A stretch of DNA of 64,000 nucleotides, taken from NCBI RefSeq assembly GCF_006345805.1, contig NC_043021.1:17236001-17300000 (forward strand), given 5' to 3'. Made by a program: the position numbers and the translations under genes. The DNA comes from Octopus sinensis. Lineage: Eukaryota. The notes under the pieces are model-generated. The model was not told the DNA's origin. It saw only the letters and a program-made list of their open reading frames with translations, and did no database searches. Of this stretch, positions 14,178 to 27,200 are shown piece by piece (the first letter of the stretch is position 1; each line of letters starts with the position of its first letter).

Positions 14178-15553
14178 CAGATGCTGACTTGCTCCTTTAT
14201 CATGCACTGGATTTCCATTGCCCCTGTTCAGTCCACTGCAGGATGAGGACCTCAGCATATTCTCTCCACCAACCACTGCCTGATATGGAAACTGTGAATT
14301 TGAGATCATCCTGGTTTGGTGAACCTAAATGAAAAAAAAAAAATAAATAAATGTGCCCTTTTTAAAGCCTAGCCAGGCTCATGGGCCCGGTTTCCCGCTT
14401 TCTATGGTGCATGTGTTCCCCAGCTGGACAGGACGCCAGTCCATCGCAGCATTACTCATTTTTGCCAGCTGAGTGAACTGGAACAATGTGAAATGAAGTG
14501 TTTTGCTCAAGAACACAATGCGTCGCCCGGTCCAGGAATCGAAACCATAATCTTACAATCATGGTGCTGATGCCTTAACCACTAAGCCACGCGCCTCCAC
14601 GTTTGGTGAGCCTACTCTACCACATTGGCCTGACATAGCTTGGCCAGAGGGATGCAGTTTTTTTATATTTCTACCCTAGAGTAGTTAAATCAATTACATC
14701 AACCCCAGGGCTCTACCGGTACTTATGTGTATGTTTATGTATGCATGTGTGTGTGTGTGTATAATATGTGTGTGTGTGTGTGTGTGTGTAATATGTATGT
14801 GGTGTCTTTGTGTTCATCTACCACCACCACCACCACCACTTGGTGTGTTTATGTACCTGTAACTTAGCGGTTCAGCAAAAGAGATTAATAGAGTAGGTGC
14901 CTGTCTTAAAAAAAAAGAAAAGCAAAATTGCTTGATGGTTTGTGTTGGTTTGTTTACATCCTTACAACTTAGTGCTTCGGCAAAGGAGTCAGGAGTAAGT
15001 ACCAGACTTTAAAAAAAATCAAAGAAACAACAAAAAACAAACAAAAACCTACGTACAGGGTGGGGTGGAGGTAATTTGTTCAAATGAAACCCTTCAAAGC
15101 AATTGCCCCAGCGTGGCCACAGTCTAATAACTGAAACAAGTAAAAGATGAATGATTTAAAATAAAATAGTGATGATGATGATAAAAAAATTGAATTTACT
15201 TTAATCCCCAAATTGCTAAATATATTTTTAAAGGGGATTTTAAGCTTATCCAGACAGAAAAAAAAAAATTCATTTAATCTTTTTTCTTTCTTAATCCTAT
15301 TTGGTGGCAAATTGAAATATTTTCACCTAAAAAAAGATATTTTTACATTATTGTAGATTATTAAAGATTAATTAATTAATACCAAAACTGTCATGTGACT
15401 TAACTAGAGATACTTTAGTAGCTTCATTCATTGGAATGTGGCCATGCTGGAACACTGTCTCGGAGGATTTTAGTTGGAGTAATAACCTGAGTGTTTGTTT
15501 TTATTTTCTTAAATCTGGTACTTATTTCATAGGAGTGTCTGTTGCTGAACTGC

Positions 15554-15587
<34 letters not shown>

Positions 15588-18456
15588 CTATATATATATA
15601 TATATGTATATGTATTTTTTCAATGTGTACAAATAACACAGAAAATAAATAGTTACCAGGGTAGCAAAAATTCACACAAGGATATTACAGCCTACTTATA
15701 AAGGTAGAAATTCCAGGGTTCAGCGAAACGTTTTTGTATAACATGGATAAATTAAGAAATGGAGTCAAATGCAGGTGTTTTACAAGTCATTTATACTTCC
15801 AACATATGTTTCGAAGAAAGTAATGAGATTATTCCAGAATAATCTCAATACTTTTTGCGAAACATATGTTGGAAGTATAAATGATTTGAAAAACACCTGT
15901 GTTTGACTCCATTTCTTAATTTTCACACACACATATTATATATATATATATATATATGTATGTATATGTAATAAGTTAAAAAACATAGTAAGTGCTCAGA
16001 CGAACAGAAAGCAAACACAGAAAGTCCCCAACTCCCCTTCAGTTATCAGCCAAAGGGTCAAACGCAATGCTTGTGTGGCACTCTTTAAACCTTTTTTATC
16101 CACTAGCCCTGTACACTGCCTGAACTTGGTGCCTTCCAGTTGTTCATATATTTACTCCTTTCTCGAAAATTCCTCTCTGTAATTATAATTTCTAACTGCT
16201 TCAGATATACTATGGCTCTTTTCAGATCTTTAACCCTTTCGCAATTAAACCAGTCATGTCCAGCTAAAATATTCTGCCTGTTTTATGCTCTTGCCTTTCA
16301 CATCAACCCTACAATATCACTGTAAACATAAAGTCATTTCCTCAAAATCACAACGCTACAAGATAATGCATGATTAATCCAAAGCAATGTGAATAAATAA
16401 GCATTACTTTCGGTAGAATAATACGAATTAGTGGGACCCGTGAATATTTGACGGAATTAATAGTAAGCCTATTGGGTTATTTCTGACAACTTTATCCAAA
16501 AAAAACCTGATAGCATAGCCTGTGTTGTGTCTGTATCAAAAAATAGTCACAGATCTGCTAGTCATTGATAAGTGAAGGGAATTGGAATACAATGATTACT
16601 TAACCCTTTCGTGACCAACCCGGCTGAAACTGGCTCTGGCTCTGCAGTACAAATATCTTGTTTTCATAAGTTTTGAATTAAAATCTTCCACCAAACCTTA
16701 GTTATCATTAAGCTAGTGTTAGGAGCATAAATTGTGACTAAGTTATTTTACTAAGTTCATTGTTATATTTAAAATTAATTGAAAGAAATACAAAGCATCT
16801 CAAAATGAATACGGTAAGAAAAGGGTTAATGCACTTTATATACTTTATGCCCAATTTTATAGACAGTACACAACACTCTCCCTTTTTCTCTCTCACTCTT
16901 CGCCTTATCCTCTTTTTCTCTCTCATTTTTCTTTCGCTGTTTGCCTTTCCTCTCAACTAATAACATGAAAGTGTCTCAGACAGGCAAAGTAACGAAAGGA
17001 AAAAAAAATCTTAGTTAAAAAATAATATTACACATTTCACTTACCACCACTTCTCCCCCCACCCCTCAACTAATCACGAGGAAGCGCTACAGACAGGTTA
17101 AGTAATGGAGGAAGAAGCTGAATTATTATAAGATGCTAAAGGGTGAAACCATTCTGCCTTTTTCTTGTGCTCTTTCCTTCTGTTCCAAATATTATTCCAA
17201 AACTTTTTTCCACATTTACCCCTTCCTTTGGGACTTAATGCTTTACATGTCTCTAATTTCAGGTGTTCTCAAAAATACTGTTCCTCTGGATCATGCCAAA
17301 AGACATAACTACATGATCAGTGTGGTAGCAGAAAGTTGTACCAGAAAGCGATCCAAACCAGTCCTCGTTAATATTTTGGTGAAGAAGAAGTGTGAAGTTG
17401 GTTGGAAAGGTAATTTTTTTCCCCCCCTATTTTTGTATTTGTAGATTTATATGTACAGGTGTGTGACTGAGTGTTATACGTACATGTGTGTGACTGAGTG
17501 TTATATGTACAGGTGTGTGACTTAGTGTTATATGTACAGGTGTGTGATTTAGTGTTATACGTACAGGTGTGTGACATAGTGTTATATGTACAGGTGTGTG
17601 ATTTAGTGTTATACGTACAGGTGTGTGACTGAGTGTTATACGTACAGGTGTGTGACTGAGTGTTATATGTACAGGTGTGTGACTGAGTGTTATATGTACA
17701 GGTGTGTGACTTAGTGTTATATGTACAGGTGTGTGACTTAGTGTTATATGTACAGGTGTGTGACTGAGTGTTATATGTACAGGTACCTTCACTTGATAAA
17801 CAAGTAAGAGTTGGCGACGGGAAGAACGTCCAGTTGCCAAAACATCTTGATTACCTTCAGGGTAGACTTAGACAGAAGGTAAACCCCTGAAGAGGTTAAA
17901 ATAGACATTAAAACACGGCAGAGAACGTGTTGAAATGATTCTCGTCGAATGTCAGTTGATAAAATGTTTGTGATAGAATTTCTGTTTTTCTCTGTGTTGT
18001 TTAGGTATCCAGCAGCACCTAGAATACATGCCAAATTCTGGCCGTCAAAAGATCAGTGAACATGCACACCTCGACCTCTGTGACAAACCGTGTCAAGTTG
18101 AGAAAGTGTCCATTCGGATGGTGCTTACAACTAAGCACATTGGTAAAGGCTGTGACAGAGATACCTACTCCATCTCATCACAAAGGAAACTCTGTGGTAC
18201 GTATTATTATTATTATTATTATTATTACTGCTGCTGTTGTTGTTGTTAAGCAACGGGTAAGGGTGATTAGGTGATGGTCTAGGGCTTTAAGGGTGGGAGA
18301 CCCCAGACCTTGGAAAAGGAAAAAAAAAAAAAAAACTTTGGTCGTTTTGTTGTAGTCGAGGGCTCTTCGTTGATGCCCGACACCACTTGGAGGTGGCCCT
18401 CGAAGTTGCTGGGAATGGAAATCTCCAGGTTCAAATTCTTGAATGGCTGCTGCTGC

Positions 18457-18493
<37 letters not shown>

Positions 18494-21240
18494 GCTTTCT
18501 GTATTTAACACAATGGCGGCAGAATGATTGCAAAGCTAAGCTTCAAAAATTGCCATCCCTAAAGGTCATCACGAAAATAACGTTAATTAATTGTAATTAG
18601 AGAGGAATGAGTAAGATAAGGAAGAATTGATTAGGATTACTGCCACCACAACTGTTGATACTACTACCACTGCGTTGCAATTATTATATGCTGTTGCTAT
18701 TATACACCACCACCACCACTACTACTACCTCCACAACTACTATTACTATCACCACTATTACTACTACCACCACCATTATTACTACTACTACTACCACTGC
18801 TACTACTCCATTATAGTTATCACAACACTACTATAACTACCCCTCCTCAGACACACACAACCATCATCATTACTATGACTACCACTGAATCAACGAGGAA
18901 ACGTTTGTGGTTGCTTAACCTGCTAGAAATAGCAGCCAAATTTTCCTTACTTCTTATTATACTACAGGGATTTGTGGAGGCGCAATGGCCCAGTGGTTAG
19001 GGCATCAGACTCATGGTCATGGGATTGCAGTTTTGATTCCCAGACTGTGTGTTGTGAGTGTTTATTGAGCAAAAACACCTAAAGCTCCATGAGGCTCTGG
19101 CAAGGGGCGGTGGCGAACCCTGCTGTACTCTTTCTTCCTGTGTCTGTTGTACCTGTATTTTCAAAGGAGCCATCCTTGTCACACTCCGTGTCACGCTGAA
19201 TCTCCCCCACCGAGAACTACATTAAGGGTACATGTGTCTGTGGAGTCCTTAGCCACTTAAATGTTAATTTTACGAGCAGGCTGTTCTGTTGATTGGATCA
19301 AATGGAGCCCTTGTTGTCATAACTGACAGTGCCACAAATAAAGGGATTATATTAAGGGACGAAGACCGAGACCTCCGAGATATGCTGTGACTTAAAAATC
19401 AAATGGAAATTGTAGTTAAGATACCTGAGCCGGTGGCACGTAAAAAGTACCATCCGAACGTGGCTGATGCCAGCGCCGGCTCACTGGAGTCTGTGTCGGT
19501 GACATGTAAAAAGCACCAACTGATCGTGGCCATTTGCTAGCCTCCTCTGGCACCTGTGCTAGTGGCACGTAAAAAGCACCCACTACACTCACAAGTGGTT
19601 GGTGTTAGGAAGGGCATCCAGCTGTAGAAACAGTGCCAGATCAGACTGGAGCTTGGCGCAGCCTCCTGGTTTCCCAGACACCGGTCGAACCGTCCAACCC
19701 ATGCTAGCATGGAAAACGGACGTTAAACAATGATGATGATGAATTATTGAATATTGTGCTGGTGTCATGTAAAATGCACCTAGTACACTCTGTAAAGTGG
19801 TTGGCGTTAGGAAGGGCATTGAGTCATAGAAAACCTGCCAAAACAGATAACTGGTGCCCGGTGCAGTTCTCTGGCTTGCCAGCTCTGGTCAAACTGTCCA
19901 GCCCATACCAGCATGGAAAATAGATGCTGAATGATGGGGATGATGTCCTGGGTGAAGCACAGAGTTGCCTACAACATGAATAACCAAAAAGTCTGATGTG
20001 TTGTGACAGTCAGTACAAAGAAAGAGCAGTAACTGTTGTGCAATGATGAGTCCGCCATGCCCACCTATACGGTAGCCATGACTAGCACCTCTAGATATAG
20101 TGGAATAGACAGGCTGAGTGGAGGGAGTGTGGGATATCTCAATTATCACACTGTATACCATATGTTCTCCTCACTGCATTTCAGGATGTTGTGGTTCTCA
20201 GCCAGAGCCAGACCTGATAGAATTGGTGAAATCGTTCTACAGGTCACACTTCAAATTGTTTGGTCAAAGGTCAAATACCTGCATGCCATACAACTGCCCT
20301 CCAACACAGTGCTTCCCAAAGTGGGTGGTGCCACCTGCCTGGGGGATGGTGGAAAGATTCAGTGGGGTGTTAAAGAAAAATGGGGTGATAATGGGGCGAC
20401 CAAAACGGGGCAATGGATGTCAAAAAAACCCCCAAACAAAATAAAGGGTAATTAAATTTTATTTGTTTCAAATTTGCTGCAGAAAATGGTCTCTCTGTGG
20501 TGGTGTGTAGGGGCAGTAGGAATGTGTCCTTGGAACAAGGGGGCAGTAGCCTGAATATATTTGGGAACCACTGCTCTAACAGGGCTTCGTTGCAACTATA
20601 CATCAACATCTATACTTTACTGTTCTTTGTCTGTATTTTATTTGTAAACTTAGCATTTTGTTGTCTTTGATTTTCAGGTGCTAATGGCGATAGTGTTGAT
20701 CTGTTACCATCTCCAAGTGTTGCTACTTGGACATCAAGCCTACCAACAGATGACGGTAAAGAGAGTGATCAAATCTTTGCGTTTGACGGCCAGACTAATG
20801 CAGTCGAGGTTCCTGATGGCCATCTCAATCATTCTCTCACCAGTCACTTTACCATTTCTACCTGGATGAAGCGCGAACACAACTCCAAGAGGTTCGGTGG
20901 ACAATCATCACCAAACAAGGCACGAAAAGAACACATTCTTTGTATGTCTGATGGAGAACGTAAGTGGCTTTTTTGGGCTTTTCGGTTGAAGTTTGGATTC
21001 TTAGTAAAACTCAAAGAATTGCTCTCTTCTATTCTCTCTCCCCCTCTTTCTCTCTTTTTCTTGCTTTTCCCTTCCTCACTCCCTCTCCCCTTTTCTCTCT
21101 CTCTCTCTTCCTCTCTCCCTTTCTCTCCCCCCATCTCTCCTATTCTCTCTCTTTTTCTTTCTCCTTTCTCTCCTCTTCTTGTCTCCCCCCCTTTTCTCTG
21201 TCTTCTCATCATTATTAAGTATTTTACGTTTTTTTTTTCC

Positions 21241-21279
<39 letters not shown>

Positions 21280-24200
21280 TTTGTATTATATAGAGGGCAT
21301 TGCTATACATAAATGTCTTCTACTATAGCTTTACTTTGGTAGTTTTTGACTTTAAGAGCCCCTCCTAGCGTGTGTCATTTATGTATAGTAATGCCCTCTA
21401 TATAATATAAATAAATATATTTAAGAGAAAAATTGGTGGATTTTTCTCTTCTGAGGTTTTTCATGCTAACTACTTGATGAATTCTTATAAAGATTTTATC
21501 CTATTTTAAAATTATATCCAGATTTGAATAGACATCATTACGGACTGTTTGTTCACGGAGACAAATTGGTGTTTCTTCTGCGACGTGAAGCTGCCGAAGG
21601 AGAAGACATGGAAGCTTTTAGCCCGGCGGAATGGAGATGGCAACTGCCCCAGATTAACGATGGCGAATGGCATCATTATGCCTTGAGTGTTGATTACCCC
21701 GAGGTAAGTCTTTCGGAAAATTAAAACTGCTTTAACCAGAAGTTTGGTCCCCCATTCATGTGGTTTTGGGTTCAATCTCAGTACCTGGCACCATGGGCAA
21801 GTGACTTCTGCTGTGCCCCTAGGCTGATCAATGACCTTATTTTGTTATTCTTGTTTCAGTCATTTGACTGTGGCCATGCTGGAGCGAATTTTTGAAACTC
21901 CGAACATGACCTCTACACCTCAACAACGAATGACGTCTGCATTGTCTGCACCATCCAATGCATTTGGTCCCCCAGTGGGGCTTTTGACAAACTTACATGA
22001 TAAATTTTTGGGGTTACAGGCAGAAGCATTACTTTACCTGCTGGAATGTTAGGGCTGACCGTCGGATGTGGTCAGCATTTATTAGGGTCTTGGTGATCTC
22101 ATTGGTCAGAGTTGGCTGAACCCACCCTGGGTGCATGCCGCAGCAAGGACAAGTAAGTACAGTGAAGCCCCACAGTCCAATGACTGAAATAATTAGAAGA
22201 AGAGAGAGTATATGAATTTGCTAATTATCAGATAAGTCTTAATAATCAAATATGTTGTTAATTATTTGTCTTAATCTTTTCCATTTAGGTCCGTTTATAT
22301 ATTGATGGCAAAGTTGTCGTCCCCTCAAACCATGATTTTGAAGTTGTGGACGATTGGCCCCTACATAGAACCAAAAAAGTCCATTTCACAGAACTGGTTG
22401 TTGGTGCTTGCTGGCAAGGTGAGAATTTTTGTCTCGTAAACGTGTTTTTCACTTTCTTACAGAACTTTGGCTCTTTTAAATCCAAGCTAGGAGATGCTTA
22501 CAGGGTTCTACAATTTCTAAATTTATCATTGCCATCATTGTTGTTAGTTGTCATGGTGATGATGATGATGATGATACTGAATACCATCATCTCCTCCTCC
22601 TTCTCTATCTACTCTTCCTTCTCCTCTCCATTTTATGTTTGCTTTTCCATGCTGGCATGGGTTGAATGTGTCATTTCCAACAGAGCCACTTGTCACAGTC
22701 CTTCATCATATTCTTTAAAGTTTAGCATCCTGAAATTGGCCATCACCACTTCTGCTTAGGTTTTCTTCGATCCGCCACTTTCAGCCCCTTCCCCCCCTCA
22801 TTACTTGGCACTCCACCATTTCTTCATTGACATTACAAATCTACACCACCGCAGTCTTCTTTCTTGCACACTGCAGTTAATGTCCTTCATGTGCAGTTAT
22901 TCTCTTAAAACTCGCATCATCATCATGCGTGTTGGCATCCCGCATCCGGCTGCTGTGCTTTACCAGTTTCACTGGCTGCCTGTTTAGTGCCAGTTCGATG
23001 ATAAAACGCACTCAATACATTCTGTAAAGTGGTTGGTGCTAGAAAGGGCGTCCAGCTGTAGAAGCCATCCCTAAAATGGAATATATGAGCGGGAGAGCTT
23101 TGACTCTGAATAGGAGCAGATTTGGGGCGTGATGTACCTGTCTGAGCCAAGCCAGCATGGAAAGTGGATGCAGGATGATGACACACATACTGTCATTCAT
23201 TCATGTGCACATTCATGATGTACATGATGCATGCATGACACATGCAACATGTGTGCTGATTTTGCCAGAATTGTATTACATTCATAGTATATAATCCTGT
23301 GGAGTATTCAGCCACATAATACTATTGGGTTGTCCGGAAAGTTCTTGCCGATTTTTAAAGAAAAGAAAAAGGTCAATAAATACTTGCCATTACATTTTTA
23401 ATCAACCAAATATGAACCATTTTGTTACACAATGCATCTCCATCTTTCCTTTAACTTGAAAATGCCCCCTTCCCAGAAATTGAGATGGTTTCATGGCAAA
23501 GAATTCATCAAGGTATCTTTTTACGTCATCCAAGGAATTGAAATTTTCACCATTAAGACTATTCTGCAGAGACCTGAATAAGTGGAAATCCGAAGGAGCA
23601 ATATCTGGTGAATATGGAGGGTGGGGTAACACATCCCAGCCGAGCTGCAGCAATTTTTGTCTGGTTCCCAAAGCAACAAGTGCAGAAAATGAACTTTCTT
23701 ATCTTCCATTTTAAAGGGTTACAAAATTAACATAGGTTATAGGAACATAAACCTTCTTCCACGAAAAATAGCTAAACTGTGCTCTAAATGGAGGTTTAAT
23801 CAAATCCTATTTTATGGACTCAACCATTTTCTAAAATAAGTCGAAAGGTAAGCTACTATAAATCGGCGCGAACTTTCCGGACAACCTAGTATTTAAATTG
23901 ACCAAGTTAGATGTTCTGTTGGTTAGACAAGTGGACCACACATTCATAGAAGTTAAAAATGTCTTGTCCTCCCTGCTGTAATCGCTCACCTCCTCAAACA
24001 AGCTGTACTATATGAATAAGAAATATTATCAACCATTTTCATTCTTTGTACTGTTTTAAAATTCCAAATTTGTCTTCATATATTCTTTGGATTCCAGGAA
24101 GCACGAAAAAGTTTGACCATTTCTTCCGAGGGTACCTTGCAGAACTTTCTGTTTTGCGTGACAAAACAGAGAGCGAAAGAGTCATCAAGTGTTTAGTCAA

Positions 24201-27200
24201 CTGCAAGGAATATCTCGATTTCCATGCTCTGAACAAGATGGAAAGTGGAACGGTAAGCACTCACTTCTTCTGCCTTTTGGTTCATCTGTCTTCATATAAT
24301 GTTCCTGCTCTGTTGAATAAATGTGTGGAATTCATAGTGACTGGGAGCGGGAGCAAGAGGTGGTGTACCCTTCTCCCCTACACCAGTAGTACCCAACCTT
24401 TTATTGCACCACGGATCCATCTCGTGCAAGACAATTTTCCCACAAACTGGGGGATCATCAACACAACAAAATACAATGAAGTGCAAAGAAATGATATAAT
24501 TTACTTACTGCATCTATAATATTGTATGTAATAGGGACAAGTGTGGCTGTGTGGTTAGAAGCTTGCTTCCCAACCACATGGTTCTGGGTTCAATCCCATT
24601 GTGTAGCACCTTGGGCAAGTGTCTTCTGACCAAAGCCTTGTGAGTGGGTTTGGTAGATGGAAACTGAAAGAAGCCTGTTGTACCTATATACACATATGTA
24701 TGTGTGCATAGGCGCATGGATGTGTGTCTTTGTATTTGTGTTTCTCCTCTTGACAACTGGTGTTGGTGTGTTTACATCCCCATAACTTAGGGGATCAGGA
24801 AATGAGACTGATAGAATATGAACCAGTAAGAGGTTTGCTTCCCAACGACATGGTTCTGGGTTCAATCCCACTGTGTGTGTGTGTGCGTGTCTTTGTATCT
24901 GTGTTTGTCCCCTATCACTGCTCGACAACCAGTGTTGGTGTGTTTATGTCCCCATAAGTCAGGGGTTCGGCAAAAGAGGCTGATAGAATATGAACTAGGC
25001 TTTAAAAAAAACAATTACTGGGGTCAATTCATTGAACTAAAATCCTTCAAGGTGGCAGCCCCAGCATGGCCGCAGTCTAATGACTGAAACAAGAGAATAC
25101 ATATATAAAGCAAGAGTACCTAGCAGACTGGGGTAGTCAAAATAGAAATAAAATTAAAAGGTTTATCTTTCTGTGTGACCTGATACTGGCCCACGACCCA
25201 GTGATTGGGGACCACCCCCTGACCCCATTCTGAATAACCCTCATTTATTAACCCCACTTTAAAATAATTTATGGCAGAAAAAGGAAAGCTCCTCACAATA
25301 TGGAAACTAAAGATAGACAAAATATTTGTCCCCTACCATTTCAGTATTTTATAATTGTTCCCTTGCAAAGTTACTTGGTGACCCCTACCAGTGCAGGTGT
25401 CACTTAAAAAGCATCCAGTTCACACTGTGAAGTGGTTGGCATTTAGAAGGGCATCCAGTTGTAAAAATTGTGCCAAAACAGACCTCACCTGCGCTGGTGC
25501 CACGTAAAAAGCACTCAGCCCAATCTGTGGAGCGGTTGGTGTAAGGAAGGGTTGGTATTAGGAGTGGTTGGTATTAAGGTGGCGAGCTAGCAGAGACGTT
25601 AGCACACTGGGTGAAATGCTCAGCGGTATTTTGCCTGCCGCTACGTTCTGAGTTCAAATTCCACCGAGGTCGACTTTGCCTTTCATCCTTTCGGGGTCGA
25701 TTAAATAAGTACCAGTTACGCACTGGGGTCGATATAATCGACTTAATCCGTTTGTCTGTCCTTGTTTGTCCCCTCTATGTTTAGCCCCTTGTGGGTAGTA
25801 AAGAAATAGGTATTAGGAAGGACATCCAGCTGTAAAAAAGCCGTGCCAAAATAGACACAGAAGTTTAGTGCAGGCTTCTGCCTGGCTAGCTCCTGTCAAA
25901 CCGTTCCACCCATGCCAGCATGGAAGGAGGACGTTAAACGATGATTTAATATTAATACCTTTTTAAAATCCCTCCTCCCTTATAGTTTTAAAAACCCTTC
26001 TCACTCAATTATCAACTTTCTTCATTTTTTTTTCATCTGAGTCTGTTGGCAGTTGTTTTGCCTGAGGTTAGCAGCCTTGACAAACCCGTCTAACATTAAA
26101 TTTTGTAATTTTAGTCCGATTTTTGTGATCTGAGGGGTTTTGGCTGCAAGTCAAATGACCAAGTAGTGTCTTCCTTATTAAACTGATTCCTGTTTGGTTG
26201 GGACAAAAGAATGTGGTATTGGTGGTGATGTACTGGTCTGAGTGCTTACAACAGAATTAACTCCCCCTGCTGAAGGTACCTAGGCACAAGGTGGCAGTGT
26301 TAAACCAGACGACGTTGGGGACTGAATCCTGAAAAATGGGATAAGAAATTAAAACTTTTCTGGTTAAATTGTTGTGGAATATAATGAAATGTAAATTTAT
26401 GAAAACGCCTCCCTCACGTTGCGGAGGCGTGAGTAAGAAATCTTACTGTAAGGTGGAATTCCATTACAAAATTCCACGTTGAGACAAGGTTTTCTGGGGA
26501 AGATTAGGAGTGTTTATACTATTAAATAAATATTTCATTTTATCTTGTAAGCCCGATAATCGTTCTGTAGGTTTCTTATATTGATATAAAAGATATATTT
26601 TGAAATTGCTGTTGTCTGCTTCCCTCATCGATTACAGCTGCAAATCGATCAGGTGTATGAATAAATGAACTGAAACCTCGGGTATGGCATGTCTAGCACT
26701 ACGGTATCCAGTAGGTGTTAACTTCTGAAGATGTTAAAGAATAATTCGAGATTTAGCTGCTATTTCTACAAAGTTGAACGACCACTGACTATTTCTTCAA
26801 ACTGTTTATTGTTGTTGTTTGGCTCTGTATGAAACTCTGATCGAGTCTGTTTCCGACACGACAATCCTGCCTTCTTATAGTTGTCAAGGAATACATTGTC
26901 CAGTACATCTCTTCCTGTTATAAGACGGATGATGTGTGAATTCGGGGGACATTTTGAGAACATCTTCCATGACGTCAAGTTTGGTCATGAAAGTTACCTC
27001 CCTTGGAATCACACGGAAAATTCCAGCTGGCTATCGTTGAAGCAAATGAGAGTAGCCTCCCCTGACTATCCGGGCCCTTTGAATTTGTTTCTTAAATGTC
27101 GACCCGGAAGGAGATTTTCAACAACTCGCGGTATCTCGACCAACTATTTTCAGCATCAGTGTTATCCAGATCGATAGATATGTTTCGATTGAAATATTTC

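Noticed and set aside
17427-17840. (SHTPVHITL)n ORF
   Set aside because: Translation of the 27-bp minisatellite, antisense within an intron.
17885-17960. CTGAAGA followed by possible hammerhead elements
   Set aside because: Could not build consistent stems II/III or a properly placed GAAA.
18975-19050. tRNA-like sequences in SINE heads (also 57880-57950, 32134-32205)
   Set aside because: A/B boxes present but they continue into SINE bodies and do not give a complete cloverleaf; not called as tRNA genes.
26300-27200. Complex-looking intronic sequence with short ORFs (26766-26978, 26881-27177)
   Set aside because: No recognisable protein motif or phase-compatible splice pair; the calsyntenin reading frame is complete without it; likely an old transposon fragment.
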